This document shows, one piece after another, positions 54,855 through 63,341 of a stretch of DNA of 64,000 nucleotides (position 1 is its first letter; each line of letters opens with the position of its first letter). The stretch spans positions 896,001-960,000 of the forward strand of contig CBDCXM010000009.1 in assembly GCA_965223855.1 (NCBI GenBank), given 5' to 3'. The stretch comes from Candidatus Multivoradales bacterium (lineage in GTDB: Bacteria > Acidobacteriota > Thermoanaerobaculia > Multivoradales > JAHEKO01). The notes below the pieces were generated by a model. That model had not been told where the DNA came from and ran no database searches. It was given only the letters and a program-made list of their open reading frames with translations. The translations under genes were made by a program, and so were the position numbers.

Positions 54855-55334
54855 ATCCTCGGGAGCGTTCGGTCGGCACCCCGCTTCGGGCACCTTCAGT
54901 TGGCCGGACGCCCCGGAATTGATCCAGGCGATCATCGCGTCGATCTCCGCCTGGCCGAGGAACGGACCGCCACGCGGCATTCTCTCGCCGATGATGCCGG
55001 CGTCGCCCCGGAGTTTGTGGATCAGATAGCTCTGCTCGGCATCGCCGGGATCGACCCGCAGCAGCGCGGGCACCTCCGTCGACGGCACACCGACGAGGTT
55101 GCCGTGGGCGACGCCGGGTTCCAGGACGAGGCCGGCCTGGGCCGAAGCGGCGCTGTGACAGCCGCCGCGGGCGCAGGTCGGGGTGAAGATCTGCGCCTGG
55201 AAGTCGGAGAAGGTGACGGGCGGCCCGGCCGGCGGCTGCATCGGCGGCGCGGTCGGGGTACCGCCACCTCCTCCTCCACCGCAGCCGGCGGCGATCAGGG
55301 TGACGAGGGCGAGGACGGGTCGGTACGAGGTCAT
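54852..55334 (-). CDS. Lipoprotein with atypical CX4CH heme-like motif (cytochrome c-like)
   Basis: Lipobox IAAGC; 'IFTPTCARGGCH', 'RVDPGDAEQSYLIHKL', 'RMP..WINSGA'; AGGAGG RBS. Confidence 0.75.
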   Translation of the reverse strand: MTSYRPVLALVTLIAAGCGGGGGGGTPTAPPMQPPAGPPVTFSDFQAQIFTPTCARGGCHSAASAQAGLVLEPGVAHGNLVGVPSTEVPALLRVDPGDAEQSYLIHKLRGDAGIIGERMPRGGPFLGQAEIDAMIAWINSGASGQLKVPEAGCRPNAPED

Positions 55335-55387
55335 CGGCGTTCCTCCTTGCACGATGTGTGGGCAGGCGTCGCACTCCGGTTCACTCT

Positions 55388-55416
55388 TGAACCTCGAAGC
55401 CGCATCCACCGACTCA
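55388..55416 (+). promoter_or_regulatory. ECF-type promoter TGAACC-N17-GACTCA; a divergent weaker copy TGAACC-N17-CACACA lies at 55383-55355 (-)
   Basis: Read directly in the divergent intergenic region. Confidence 0.75.
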
Positions 55417-55436
55417 CGGCGACAGGAGGCACCGAT

Positions 55437-55862
55437 ATGCGACTGATTCCCAGCCGAGCGTTCCCGTCCATCCTGATCCTCGTCTTCGCCGCAACGTCCA
55501 GCCTGCATTGCGGAGGAGGTGGCGGCGGAGGGGGCGCGACACCGACGGCCCCGGGCGGTCCGGTCGTCATCTCGATCGTCGACAACGCCTTCAGCCCGAG
55601 GTCGCCGGTGATCTCGCCCGGTCAGACGGTCCGCTGGGTCCTCGATGGCATGGATCCGACCCACACGACGACGGCGATGAACGGAAGCTGGGACAGCGGT
55701 TTCGTCTTCAACGCCCAGGGCAACTTCTACGAGCGCACCTTCCCCGCCACGGAGACGGGAAGAACGTTCGAGTACTCGTGCGTCACCCACCGCGACTCCG
55801 ACGCCATGCAGGGTTCGATCCGCGTGGGTGCCGACGCCCCCGACCCACAGGACGGCTATTGA
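55437..55862 (+). CDS. Cupredoxin (plastocyanin/azurin-like) lipoprotein
   Basis: AGGAGG RBS; 'DNAFSP..PGQTVRW..HTTT..YSCVTHRDSDAMQG' gives the type-1 Cu ligands H, C, H, M. Confidence 0.85.
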   Translation: MRLIPSRAFPSILILVFAATSSLHCGGGGGGGGATPTAPGGPVVISIVDNAFSPRSPVISPGQTVRWVLDGMDPTHTTTAMNGSWDSGFVFNAQGNFYERTFPATETGRTFEYSCVTHRDSDAMQGSIRVGADAPDPQDGY

Positions 55863-55898
55863 GCGACTTGTTGTGGAGCGCTGTGCGACACTGAATCG

Positions 55899-56636
55899 AT
55901 GGTGCTGCGGAAGGCAACGGCGCGCTGGGCACGGGTCGGCTGGGCGCTGCTGCTCGGACTCCCGGCCGCGGTGTCGTCCCAGGAGAAGGGGGCCGAGCGG
56001 TTGCATGCCATGGTGACGCTGACCTCCGACTACGTTTACCGCGGGGTCTCGCAGTCCGACGGTGACCCGGCGATCCAGGGGGGCTTCGAGTTCGAGGCCG
56101 ACCGCGGCGGCTTCGTGGGCCTCTGGGCCTCCAGCGTCCAGTTCAGCGAGGCGACTCCGCGGGAAACTCCGCGAGACCTCGAGCTCGATCTCTACGCCGG
56201 CTGGCGCTTCGAGCTCGGCCCGGAGTGGAACGGAGAGGTGAGCTGGACGCGGCTCACCTACCCCGGTGCCGATACCTTTTTCGACTATGACTACGACGAG
56301 GCGCGCCTCTCCCTCACCTGGCGCGGCACCCTCGGCGCCACGGTCGGTTACCAGCCTGAGGGGCTCGGAAGCCCGACCTCGGCGTGGGTCTACGAAGTTC
56401 TCGCCGGTCGGCCGGTGAGACGGGGCACCGAGCTGGGAGCCGGCTACGGCTACCACGATCTCGAGGGCTTCTTCGGCGGCGGCTACGGGTACTGGAGCGC
56501 CGTCGTGTCCCACGGGCGAGGGCGTCTGCGCGCGGCGCTGACCTACGTCGGCACGTCGAGCGCCGCCGAGCGCCTCTGGGATCGGGAGCTGGTCGGCGAT
56601 CGGTGGGTCGTCAGCGTTTCGGCGGGGGTCCGTTGA
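55899..56636 (+). CDS. TorF-family putative porin (Gcw_chp-like)
   Basis: 'LTSDYVYRGVSQSDGDPAIQGG', 'GLWASSV', 'ELDLYAGW', 'YPGA..YDYDE'. Confidence 0.88.
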   Translation: MVLRKATARWARVGWALLLGLPAAVSSQEKGAERLHAMVTLTSDYVYRGVSQSDGDPAIQGGFEFEADRGGFVGLWASSVQFSEATPRETPRDLELDLYAGWRFELGPEWNGEVSWTRLTYPGADTFFDYDYDEARLSLTWRGTLGATVGYQPEGLGSPTSAWVYEVLAGRPVRRGTELGAGYGYHDLEGFFGGGYGYWSAVVSHGRGRLRAALTYVGTSSAAERLWDRELVGDRWVVSVSAGVR

Positions 56637-56637
56637 C

Positions 56638-57978
56638 GTGAAGCGAGGCAGGCACATCCCGCGGCGGTGGTGGATCGCAGCGGCGCTGACGATCGGCCTG
56701 AGCCGGGCGCTGTGCGCCGCGGAGGGCGCGGCCGGAGAGGGCGGTCCTCCCGACGCCCGCGAGCTCGAGCGCCACCTGCTCGTCACCCTGGCCGAGGCTC
56801 CCCGCCGACCTCTTCCGCCGGTCGGCTCCACACCGCGCGCCTACGGTGGTGCCCGGGGCTACAAGAGCTCCGCGCGCGCCCGTCGACTCGCCCGCCGGCT
56901 GGCGAAACGCCACGGGCTGACGCGGATCGACGGGTGGCCGATCGAGTCGCTCGACGTCTACTGCGTCGTGTACGAAGTCGCGGCCGACCGATCGATCGAC
57001 GAGGCGCTCTCCCGTCTGACGGCGGATCCGCTGGTCGAGAGCGTTCAGAGGATGGGTGTCTTCCGGGTGCTCGCCGAGCGGCACAACGACCCGCTGCTGG
57101 AGCTGCAGCACGGCTTCTCGGCGCTCGAGCTCGAGGAGGCGCATCGCTGGTCACGGGGCGACGGGGTCGAGGTCGCGGTGGTCGATACGGGGATCGACGT
57201 CACCCATCCCGAGTTTTCCTCCCGTGTCGTGTCGACCGAGAACTTCGTCGGAGATGCCGGGGCGCCGCTCGCCGACGTCCACGGCACCGCGGTGGCGGGA
57301 GTCATCGCCGCCGCGGCCGACAACGGCATCGGCATCGCCGGAGTCGCTCCGGCGGTGCGCCTTCTGGCGCTGCGCGCCTGCTGGCCCGAGGGGCGGGACA
57401 CGGCAGCGGCGCTTTGCAGCAGCTTCACGCTCGCCAAGGCGCTGAGCTACGTCGTCGAGCACCGTCCCGACGTCGTCAACCTGAGCCTGGCCGGCCCGCC
57501 CGACCCGCTGCTGGCGCGCCTGCTTGCGCGCGCCGTGGAGCGCGGCGTGCTGGTGGTCAGCGCGATGCCGGAGCGTGCCCTGCACGAGCCGCGGTTCCCG
57601 GCGACGGCCGACCGGGTGATCGCCGTCGGCACCGGGGTCGGCAAGGAGACCGACACGCACTCGAGCGACGCGCTTGCTGCGCTCCCCGCTTCGGTGCTCC
57701 GAGCCCCCGGAGATCGGATCCTCACGACCATGCCTGCCGGGGGCTACGACTTCCTCTCCGGGAGCTCGCTGGCGGCCGCTCACGTCACCGGGCTCATCGC
57801 TCTCCTCCTCGAGCAGGAGAGGCGACTCAGCTACGAGCGGGTGGTCGAGCTGCTGAGGACCAGCGATCCGGCGCGCCGCAGCGCGGTCAACGGCTGCCGC
57901 GCTTTGCAGCTGCTGAGCGCGAGGGTCGAGTGTCGGGAAGCTGACGGCACAGGCCCGACGGCGACCGGCGCCCGCTAG
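56638..57978 (+). CDS. Secreted S8 (subtilisin-like) serine peptidase
   Basis: Catalytic triad 'VVDTG', 'HGTAVAG', 'SGSSLAAAHV'; 'VNLSL'; propeptide. Confidence 0.92.
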   Translation: MKRGRHIPRRWWIAAALTIGLSRALCAAEGAAGEGGPPDARELERHLLVTLAEAPRRPLPPVGSTPRAYGGARGYKSSARARRLARRLAKRHGLTRIDGWPIESLDVYCVVYEVAADRSIDEALSRLTADPLVESVQRMGVFRVLAERHNDPLLELQHGFSALELEEAHRWSRGDGVEVAVVDTGIDVTHPEFSSRVVSTENFVGDAGAPLADVHGTAVAGVIAAAADNGIGIAGVAPAVRLLALRACWPEGRDTAAALCSSFTLAKALSYVVEHRPDVVNLSLAGPPDPLLARLLARAVERGVLVVSAMPERALHEPRFPATADRVIAVGTGVGKETDTHSSDALAALPASVLRAPGDRILTTMPAGGYDFLSGSSLAAAHVTGLIALLLEQERRLSYERVVELLRTSDPARRSAVNGCRALQLLSARVECREADGTGPTATGAR

Positions 57979-57992
57979 CCTGTTCTTTCCCG

Positions 57993-58334
57993 TCAGCCCG
58001 AGAGCCGGCCCGGCCCCATTCGTGTCGCCAGCAGCCAGAAGGCGAGCGACACCAGCGACAGGCTGACGCCGCCGGCCAGCAGTTGAGGCGCGCCGAGGCC
58101 GCTCGCCAGCGGCTCTCGCAGATGCCAGAAGATGAGTGCGCTCACCAGCGCCGCGAGACCCCAGTAGGGCAACAGCCAGCGACTTGCGCCACGGACGCGC
58201 CGCGGCGGCGTCTCGGCGGCGTCGAGGCGTGCGGCGAGCCGCTGCTCGAAACCGGGCCGCACGCGGGGTGTCGCGGTGTTCGCGAATGCGCTGCGCAGCT
58301 GCTGATCGACCGATGTCCGGGGTGTCTGCTTCAC
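57993..58334 (-). CDS. Putative membrane anti-sigma factor
   Basis: GTGA-coupled to the ECF gene; 'PGFEQRL' followed by two TMs. Confidence 0.65.
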   Translation of the reverse strand: MKQTPRTSVDQQLRSAFANTATPRVRPGFEQRLAARLDAAETPPRRVRGASRWLLPYWGLAALVSALIFWHLREPLASGLGAPQLLAGGVSLSLVSLAFWLLATRMGPGRLSG

Positions 58335-58900
58335 GGGTGTTCCTCCAGAGCGTTGCCGAGTCGCGCGCGTGCGCGATGCAGGCGGGCCTTGACGGTGCCG
58401 GGCCGCACCGAGTGGAGCGTGGCGATCTCGTCGATCGACTGTCCCTGCCAGTAGTGCAGCAGGATGGTGCTGCGCTGAGGTTCCCCGAGGGCGTTCACCG
58501 CCGCCAGCAGGTCGAGTCGACGCTCCCGCTCCTCACCGGGGCCGGCAAGCTGAGCGAGCGCCTCGTCTCCCAGGTGAGGGCGTTGGAAGCGGGCCCGACG
58601 GGCGACGTCGATCGCCCGTCGGCGGGTGATCGCGTAGAGCCAGGTCGAGAACCGGCTTTCCGACCGGAAGGTGGCCAGCTTGCGATGGACGAGCACGAAC
58701 ACCTCCTGTGCGACGTCCTCGGCCTCGGCGTCGAAGCCGGGGCCGAGGATCGAAGCGGCCAACCTGAAGACGCGATCCCGGTAGCGGGTGACGAGGGCGA
58801 GGAACGCTTCGTCGCTACCCTCCGCGACACAGCGCCGGACGAGATCCTCGTCGCTCGGCAGGCTGTCGGCGGTCATCGCTGCTGGCAGGGTCGTGGGCAT
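58331..58900 (-). CDS. ECF sigma-70 factor
   Basis: 'AEDVAQEVF', 'FRSESRFSTWLYAI', 'GTVKARLHRAR'; start uncertain (58900 or the next Met). Confidence 0.92.
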   Translation of the reverse strand: MPTTLPAAMTADSLPSDEDLVRRCVAEGSDEAFLALVTRYRDRVFRLAASILGPGFDAEAEDVAQEVFVLVHRKLATFRSESRFSTWLYAITRRRAIDVARRARFQRPHLGDEALAQLAGPGEERERRLDLLAAVNALGEPQRSTILLHYWQGQSIDEIATLHSVRPGTVKARLHRARARLGNALEEHP

Positions 58901-58929
58901 CGCTCGGGGGAGCCGTCCGTCCGGGCCGG

Positions 58930-59331
58930 TCAGTCTCCCGGGAACAGGCGTCTGGCGACGAGGGAGAACAGCAGCAGGCCGAAGCCGGCCATCATCGGCA
59001 CCAGCCCGATCGACCAGAGCTTCTCGAGCTCGGGGTCGGCGATGATGAGGAAGCCGACGAAGAGCCCGGTGCCGCCGAACATCAGCAGCAGGCCGAGGCC
59101 GAAGGCGATCAGCCGGACCCACTGGCTCTGCCGGCGGTAGGCGTCCTGCGGGGTCAGGGTTTCAGTGGTCATGGAGGGGTCTCCTTTCGGTTGCGGAGTC
59201 TCGCCGTGCTCGATCGCCGCCAGCCGCTCGCGATGTTCCATGAGCCGGGTGCGGTAGGCCTGCTGGCGCACCAGCAGCCAGACCCCGGCGACGAGGGCAG
59301 CGGTGAGCAGGATGGTGAGTTCGATCGGCAT
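58930..59331 (-). CDS. DUF6249-like small membrane protein
   Basis: 'HRERLAAIEHG' followed by two TMs; upstream of the ECF gene; AGGAG RBS. Confidence 0.7.
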   Translation of the reverse strand: MPIELTILLTAALVAGVWLLVRQQAYRTRLMEHRERLAAIEHGETPQPKGDPSMTTETLTPQDAYRRQSQWVRLIAFGLGLLLMFGGTGLFVGFLIIADPELEKLWSIGLVPMMAGFGLLLFSLVARRLFPGD

Positions 59332-59359
59332 GAGAGGGCTCCTGTGGTCTTCGTTCTTG

Positions 59360-59387
59360 AGACGAGGTGACCGGACCGAAAGGTTGC
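59360..59387 (-). promoter_or_regulatory. ECF-type promoter GCAACC-N17-CGTCT
   Basis: Read on the minus strand about 30 nt upstream of the DUF6249-ECF operon; AAC/CGT are canonical ECF elements. Confidence 0.7.
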
Positions 59388-59486
59388 GCAGGTTGCGCGG
59401 GGATTCTGTCGGCGAGCGGCCGCACGATTGCGGACAGCTGTGTCAGCTCTGACAGCTGTTCTGGCGGCCCGGAAGGGCCTTCGCGA

Positions 59487-60350
59487 TCAGCCGGCGGCTC
59501 TCAGGCGCTCGAGCAGAGCGGAGTTGAGTCGAGTGTACTCGTCCCTCAGCTCGTCGCCCTCGGTGGCAGCCCCGGCGAGCGAGCGCTCGGCGGCGTCCAC
59601 CGCGGCCTCGATGTCACCGAGACCCTCTCGAATCAGGGCCAGCCGGTAGAGCATGCCGATGTGGCCGGGGGTCGACTCGAGCGCCTTCTCCATCAGCTCG
59701 GCGGCGCGAGCGAGGTCGAGACCGCTCTCGAAGTAGAACATCGCGGCGTGGAAGTAGGGCTTGCGTCCGTCCCCGGCGAGAGCCTCCTCGAGCCGTGGCA
59801 CCACGGTGGTCGCCAGGTCGACGGTCACCGGCACCTCGAGCCGCGTCCGCGCCCATGCCAGGTAGAGGAGTGCCCGATCGCGTCCGACATCGTCGAAGCC
59901 GATCGTGAAGCTTTCGATGGGGAGCGGCAGTTCGCTCGGAGTCACGACGATGCGTGCGACGTCTCGGGCCGGGTCGTAGGCGTACGACCCCCATTGCGAC
60001 CGACTCGACTGGAGGATGACCTCCCAGCGATAAGGGCCGGGGATGGTGAAGAGTTCGTAGCTTCCCGCCTCTACGGCGACGCCGCCGAACGAGAACGCCG
60101 TGCTCGCCGTGAGGCTGGTGGCGGCGTCCGCTCCGGTCCGCCAGATCCGTCCGAACGGCACGAGCGCGCCGAAGATCTCCCGCCCCCTTACCGACGGCCG
60201 ACCGTAGTTGATCTCGAAACGGGTCGAAGCCACCTGCTGGTGGATCTCGGCGCGAGGATTCGTCGCCGGCAACGGGAAGTCGGCGGCCGCGACCGTGAGT
60301 GGCTGCACGCACAGTGCGAAAGCGAGCGAGTGCCAGGAAGGTGATTTCAT
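59487..60350 (-). CDS. Exported DUF2911-domain protein
   Basis: 'INYGRPSVRGREIFGALVPFGRIWRTGADAAT', 'AGSYELFTIPG', 'IESFTIGF'. Confidence 0.9.
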   Translation of the reverse strand: MKSPSWHSLAFALCVQPLTVAAADFPLPATNPRAEIHQQVASTRFEINYGRPSVRGREIFGALVPFGRIWRTGADAATSLTASTAFSFGGVAVEAGSYELFTIPGPYRWEVILQSSRSQWGSYAYDPARDVARIVVTPSELPLPIESFTIGFDDVGRDRALLYLAWARTRLEVPVTVDLATTVVPRLEEALAGDGRKPYFHAAMFYFESGLDLARAAELMEKALESTPGHIGMLYRLALIREGLGDIEAAVDAAERSLAGAATEGDELRDEYTRLNSALLERLRAAG

Positions 60351-60470
60351 CTCGAGCTCGTTTCTCCAGGACCGAAGCGGCGAGTTCTGAGGATGTCCAA
60401 CCCCCTGCCGGGTCGCCTTGTTCCCTTCGATCCAGCCGCTTCGCCTGCCCCGGGGGTGCGCGAAGAACCC

Positions 60471-61295
60471 TCAGTCGGATCGGGAGTCGTCGACGAACCA
60501 GCTCAGAGCGCTCCAGCGCTCGCTGGCTTCGTTGCCGTCCATCAGCGCCACCACTCTGCCGGTCGTGGCGTAGACGGCCCGCCAGTAGCGGCCGGGCTCG
60601 CGAAAGTCGATCGTCGGCGGGTCGATCCCCGGCTGCTGACCGTGGATCTCCTCGATCTGCCCGAACACCTCTCCCTCGAAGATCGTCGTGAAGAGCACTT
60701 CGGCGCTGTGCTCGACGCGCGTACCCCGGCTGTAGACACGGACCGGCTTGCCGGCGCGGATCGCCGCGATCAGCTCGGCCTTCGAGCCCTCGACCGGCTG
60801 GCCGTTCTCGTCATGACGGTAGGCGAGTCTCCAGCCGCCGGACATCTCTGCCGTCCGCGGCTCGACGATCAGGAAGACGGCGGTCGTGTCGCCGACGTTG
60901 AGCACCTCGTGCCAGTCGACACCGTCACTCGCCCAGGAGAGGCCGGTGGCGAGGTCGACTTCGCGCACACCCTCTGCATCGCGCATCTGCATGCGCCCGC
61001 CGGCCACGGTGTAGCCGAAGTGCGGAGCGTGGAAGTGGCGCTCGTGTCCGACTCCCGGAGGGAAGTTGCAGAGCAGAGCGCGGTGCCGGTCGTCCTCGGA
61101 GAGAAGCTCGCACACAGCGTCGTCCTGCCAACCGGCGGCCAACGGGTCGGGCAGCTCGGCGGCCGCGCCCGAGGGGGCGAGGCTCGTGACGACGAGGCTT
61201 GCGGTGACGAGGCCTGGGGCGACGAAGACGGCGCCGAGTCCCCGCAGGGTGCTCGCGAAGTGGGAGGCGCTCTCGGCGCCGGCGGGTTCGTTCAT
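60471..61295 (-). CDS. Exported cupin-domain protein with additional C-terminal domain
   Basis: 'FPPGVGHERHFH..YTVAGG..WHEVLNVGDTTAVFLIVE'; start uncertain. Confidence 0.75.
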   Translation of the reverse strand: MNEPAGAESASHFASTLRGLGAVFVAPGLVTASLVVTSLAPSGAAAELPDPLAAGWQDDAVCELLSEDDRHRALLCNFPPGVGHERHFHAPHFGYTVAGGRMQMRDAEGVREVDLATGLSWASDGVDWHEVLNVGDTTAVFLIVEPRTAEMSGGWRLAYRHDENGQPVEGSKAELIAAIRAGKPVRVYSRGTRVEHSAEVLFTTIFEGEVFGQIEEIHGQQPGIDPPTIDFREPGRYWRAVYATTGRVVALMDGNEASERWSALSWFVDDSRSD

Positions 61296-61339
61296 GGTGG
61301 CTCTGCTCCGATGTGGGGTGTCGGGAGGGACCGGCGCCC

Positions 61340-63340
61340 TCAATCGCCGCTGCCGCGTTGCCAGCTCGTCCAGCCGATCTCGCCTTCGCCCGGCGGCTTG
61401 ACCCAGTGGGCGTCGGGGAGTTCGAGCCTCGTGCGCGCCTGTCCGCGCGGCATGGAGAAACGCTCGGTCGTGAAGGTGTGTCCGTAGGTGTGCACCGAGA
61501 TCAGATGCACCGTGCGAGGTTGTCCGGCGACGAGGATCGCCGGCAGCTCGCCCGGCGGCGAGTACGGCCGGGCGGGGATCGAGATCTGAAGCGAGACCAG
61601 TCGACCCGGCTCGAAGGCGCCGGGCTGGGGGCTCTCACCGCCGGTCATGGCGTCGCGCAGGGAACCGACGAGGCAGCGCGGCGTGCCGTCGGCGCAGGGG
61701 GCGAGTCCGAGGCTCCCGCCGTCGGACGGCTGGAACAGCCGCCGCACGACGACCAGCTCCGGCCCGCGAGCACGGAACCAGCGCGGCGAGAGGGTTCGCA
61801 GCTCCTTGCGATCGACCGAGGTCATCGCCCGCGCGTGCCAGCTCGCCCCCGGCTCGAACAGCCGTCGACTGTGGAAGATCCAGCCGTCGGCGCTCTCGAG
61901 AACACCCGGGTCGACCCCGTCCAGCCTCTCGACGTCGTGGCGGAGGCCGCGGATCGGCCGCCGTCCGTGCCAGGCGGGCTCGGGAACGTCCATCCGCTCG
62001 GCGAGAACGACGTGGTTGTCGCTACGAGTCATCGGTCGGCGCAGGAAGCGCTCAGCGAGGTCGCGGGTGTGCGGGATCGACTGCCTGTAGACGTAGTTCC
62101 AGCCCGGTGGCACGACGAGCGCCGCCAGTGCCAGCCACGCTCCGGTACCTGCCCGGCCTCGCCATCGCGGGGGAACGAGGTGGCGCACGCCACGCCAGAG
62201 AGCGCGGAGCGCGAACGCCAGACAGAGGCAGGTGACCGGCAGGATCGGCAGCACGTTGTTCGGCTTGAAGTGGTTGGTCTGAGTGACGTACACCAACAGC
62301 CAGATCGGCGCGAACGAAAGCAGTCCGAGGGTGGCGGCCGCGCGGGCTCGCGTCGCGCTGGCGGCGGGCCGTCGTAGCACCGGGAGCGCCGCGATCAGCA
62401 GGAAGAGGGCGCCGCCGCCGGCGAGCCAGGCGCCGGGGGGCGAGTGGACCCAGCGGCCGGCAAAGAGCGCCAGGGAGTCGGCGGTCACGTCCCAGCGGCT
62501 GGTGCCGTGGAGGAAGGCGCCGTACTCGTACTCGCTCTTGAGCCGCTCCATGTAGCCGGGGTAGAGGCGCCAGTGGGGGTTGAAGAGCAGGAAGGAGAGC
62601 GCCGATACCGTCGCCGCGACGGCGAGGTTGCGCCACCGGCGACGGTCGCCCGGTCCGAGGAGCACGGTCCCCAGGGCGAGGGGAAAGGCTGCGACCACGC
62701 CGGTGAGCTTGGCGCTGGCGGCGGCCGCGATCGCGAGACCGGTCACGGCGCCCCATCTCCACGACGCCGTCTCGAGCGTGCGGACGGTGGCGTAGAGCGC
62801 CGCGACGATGGCGGTGATGAGCATCGCGTCCGGCTTGAAGTAGCCCGACATGTGGAGGTGCCACGGCAGGAAGGTGAGGAGCGCCGCCGCCAGCAGGCCG
62901 ACGTCGGGTCCGCGCAGACGTCGTCCCAGCAGGTAGAGGAGCCCGATGCCGGCGACCGCCAGCAGCGCCGTCCAAGCTCTGGCCGCGCGATAGAGCGCGG
63001 GTTGCGGGGCTCCGTCTTCCAGTGCGTCCCAGCGCGCATCGCCGGTGCGTTCGTGCAGCCGCTCGAGGGCGAGCGCAAGTCCGGAGACCGGGGCGAAGAA
63101 GAGCGGCGAGGCGTAGAAGCCCCTGGGGGTGAGCGTCGTCCCCTTCACCGCCAGGGCATGCACGTTCTCGAACGCGTAGCGCTCGTCCCAGAAGCGGTTG
63201 TGGTGAGTGCCGCCCCAGCCGTAGGCGACCCGCAGTGCCAGGCCGACGAGGAGCAGCAGGGCCAGCAGCCAGCGATGACCGCGGCCGGCTGCCGCTGGTG
63301 GAGGGCTTGGGAACGGGCGGGCTGGGGCGTCGCCGCTCAT
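61340..63340 (-). CDS. GT-C glycosyltransferase (PMT/ArnT-like, GT39/83)
   Basis: 'LALRV..FWDE', 'GLLAAALL..PWHL..S.YFKPD', 'AASAKLTG'. Confidence 0.85.
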   Translation of the reverse strand: MSGDAPARPFPSPPPAAAGRGHRWLLALLLLVGLALRVAYGWGGTHHNRFWDERYAFENVHALAVKGTTLTPRGFYASPLFFAPVSGLALALERLHERTGDARWDALEDGAPQPALYRAARAWTALLAVAGIGLLYLLGRRLRGPDVGLLAAALLTFLPWHLHMSGYFKPDAMLITAIVAALYATVRTLETASWRWGAVTGLAIAAAASAKLTGVVAAFPLALGTVLLGPGDRRRWRNLAVAATVSALSFLLFNPHWRLYPGYMERLKSEYEYGAFLHGTSRWDVTADSLALFAGRWVHSPPGAWLAGGGALFLLIAALPVLRRPAASATRARAAATLGLLSFAPIWLLVYVTQTNHFKPNNVLPILPVTCLCLAFALRALWRGVRHLVPPRWRGRAGTGAWLALAALVVPPGWNYVYRQSIPHTRDLAERFLRRPMTRSDNHVVLAERMDVPEPAWHGRRPIRGLRHDVERLDGVDPGVLESADGWIFHSRRLFEPGASWHARAMTSVDRKELRTLSPRWFRARGPELVVVRRLFQPSDGGSLGLAPCADGTPRCLVGSLRDAMTGGESPQPGAFEPGRLVSLQISIPARPYSPPGELPAILVAGQPRTVHLISVHTYGHTFTTERFSMPRGQARTRLELPDAHWVKPPGEGEIGWTSWQRGSGD

Positions 63341-63341
63341 C

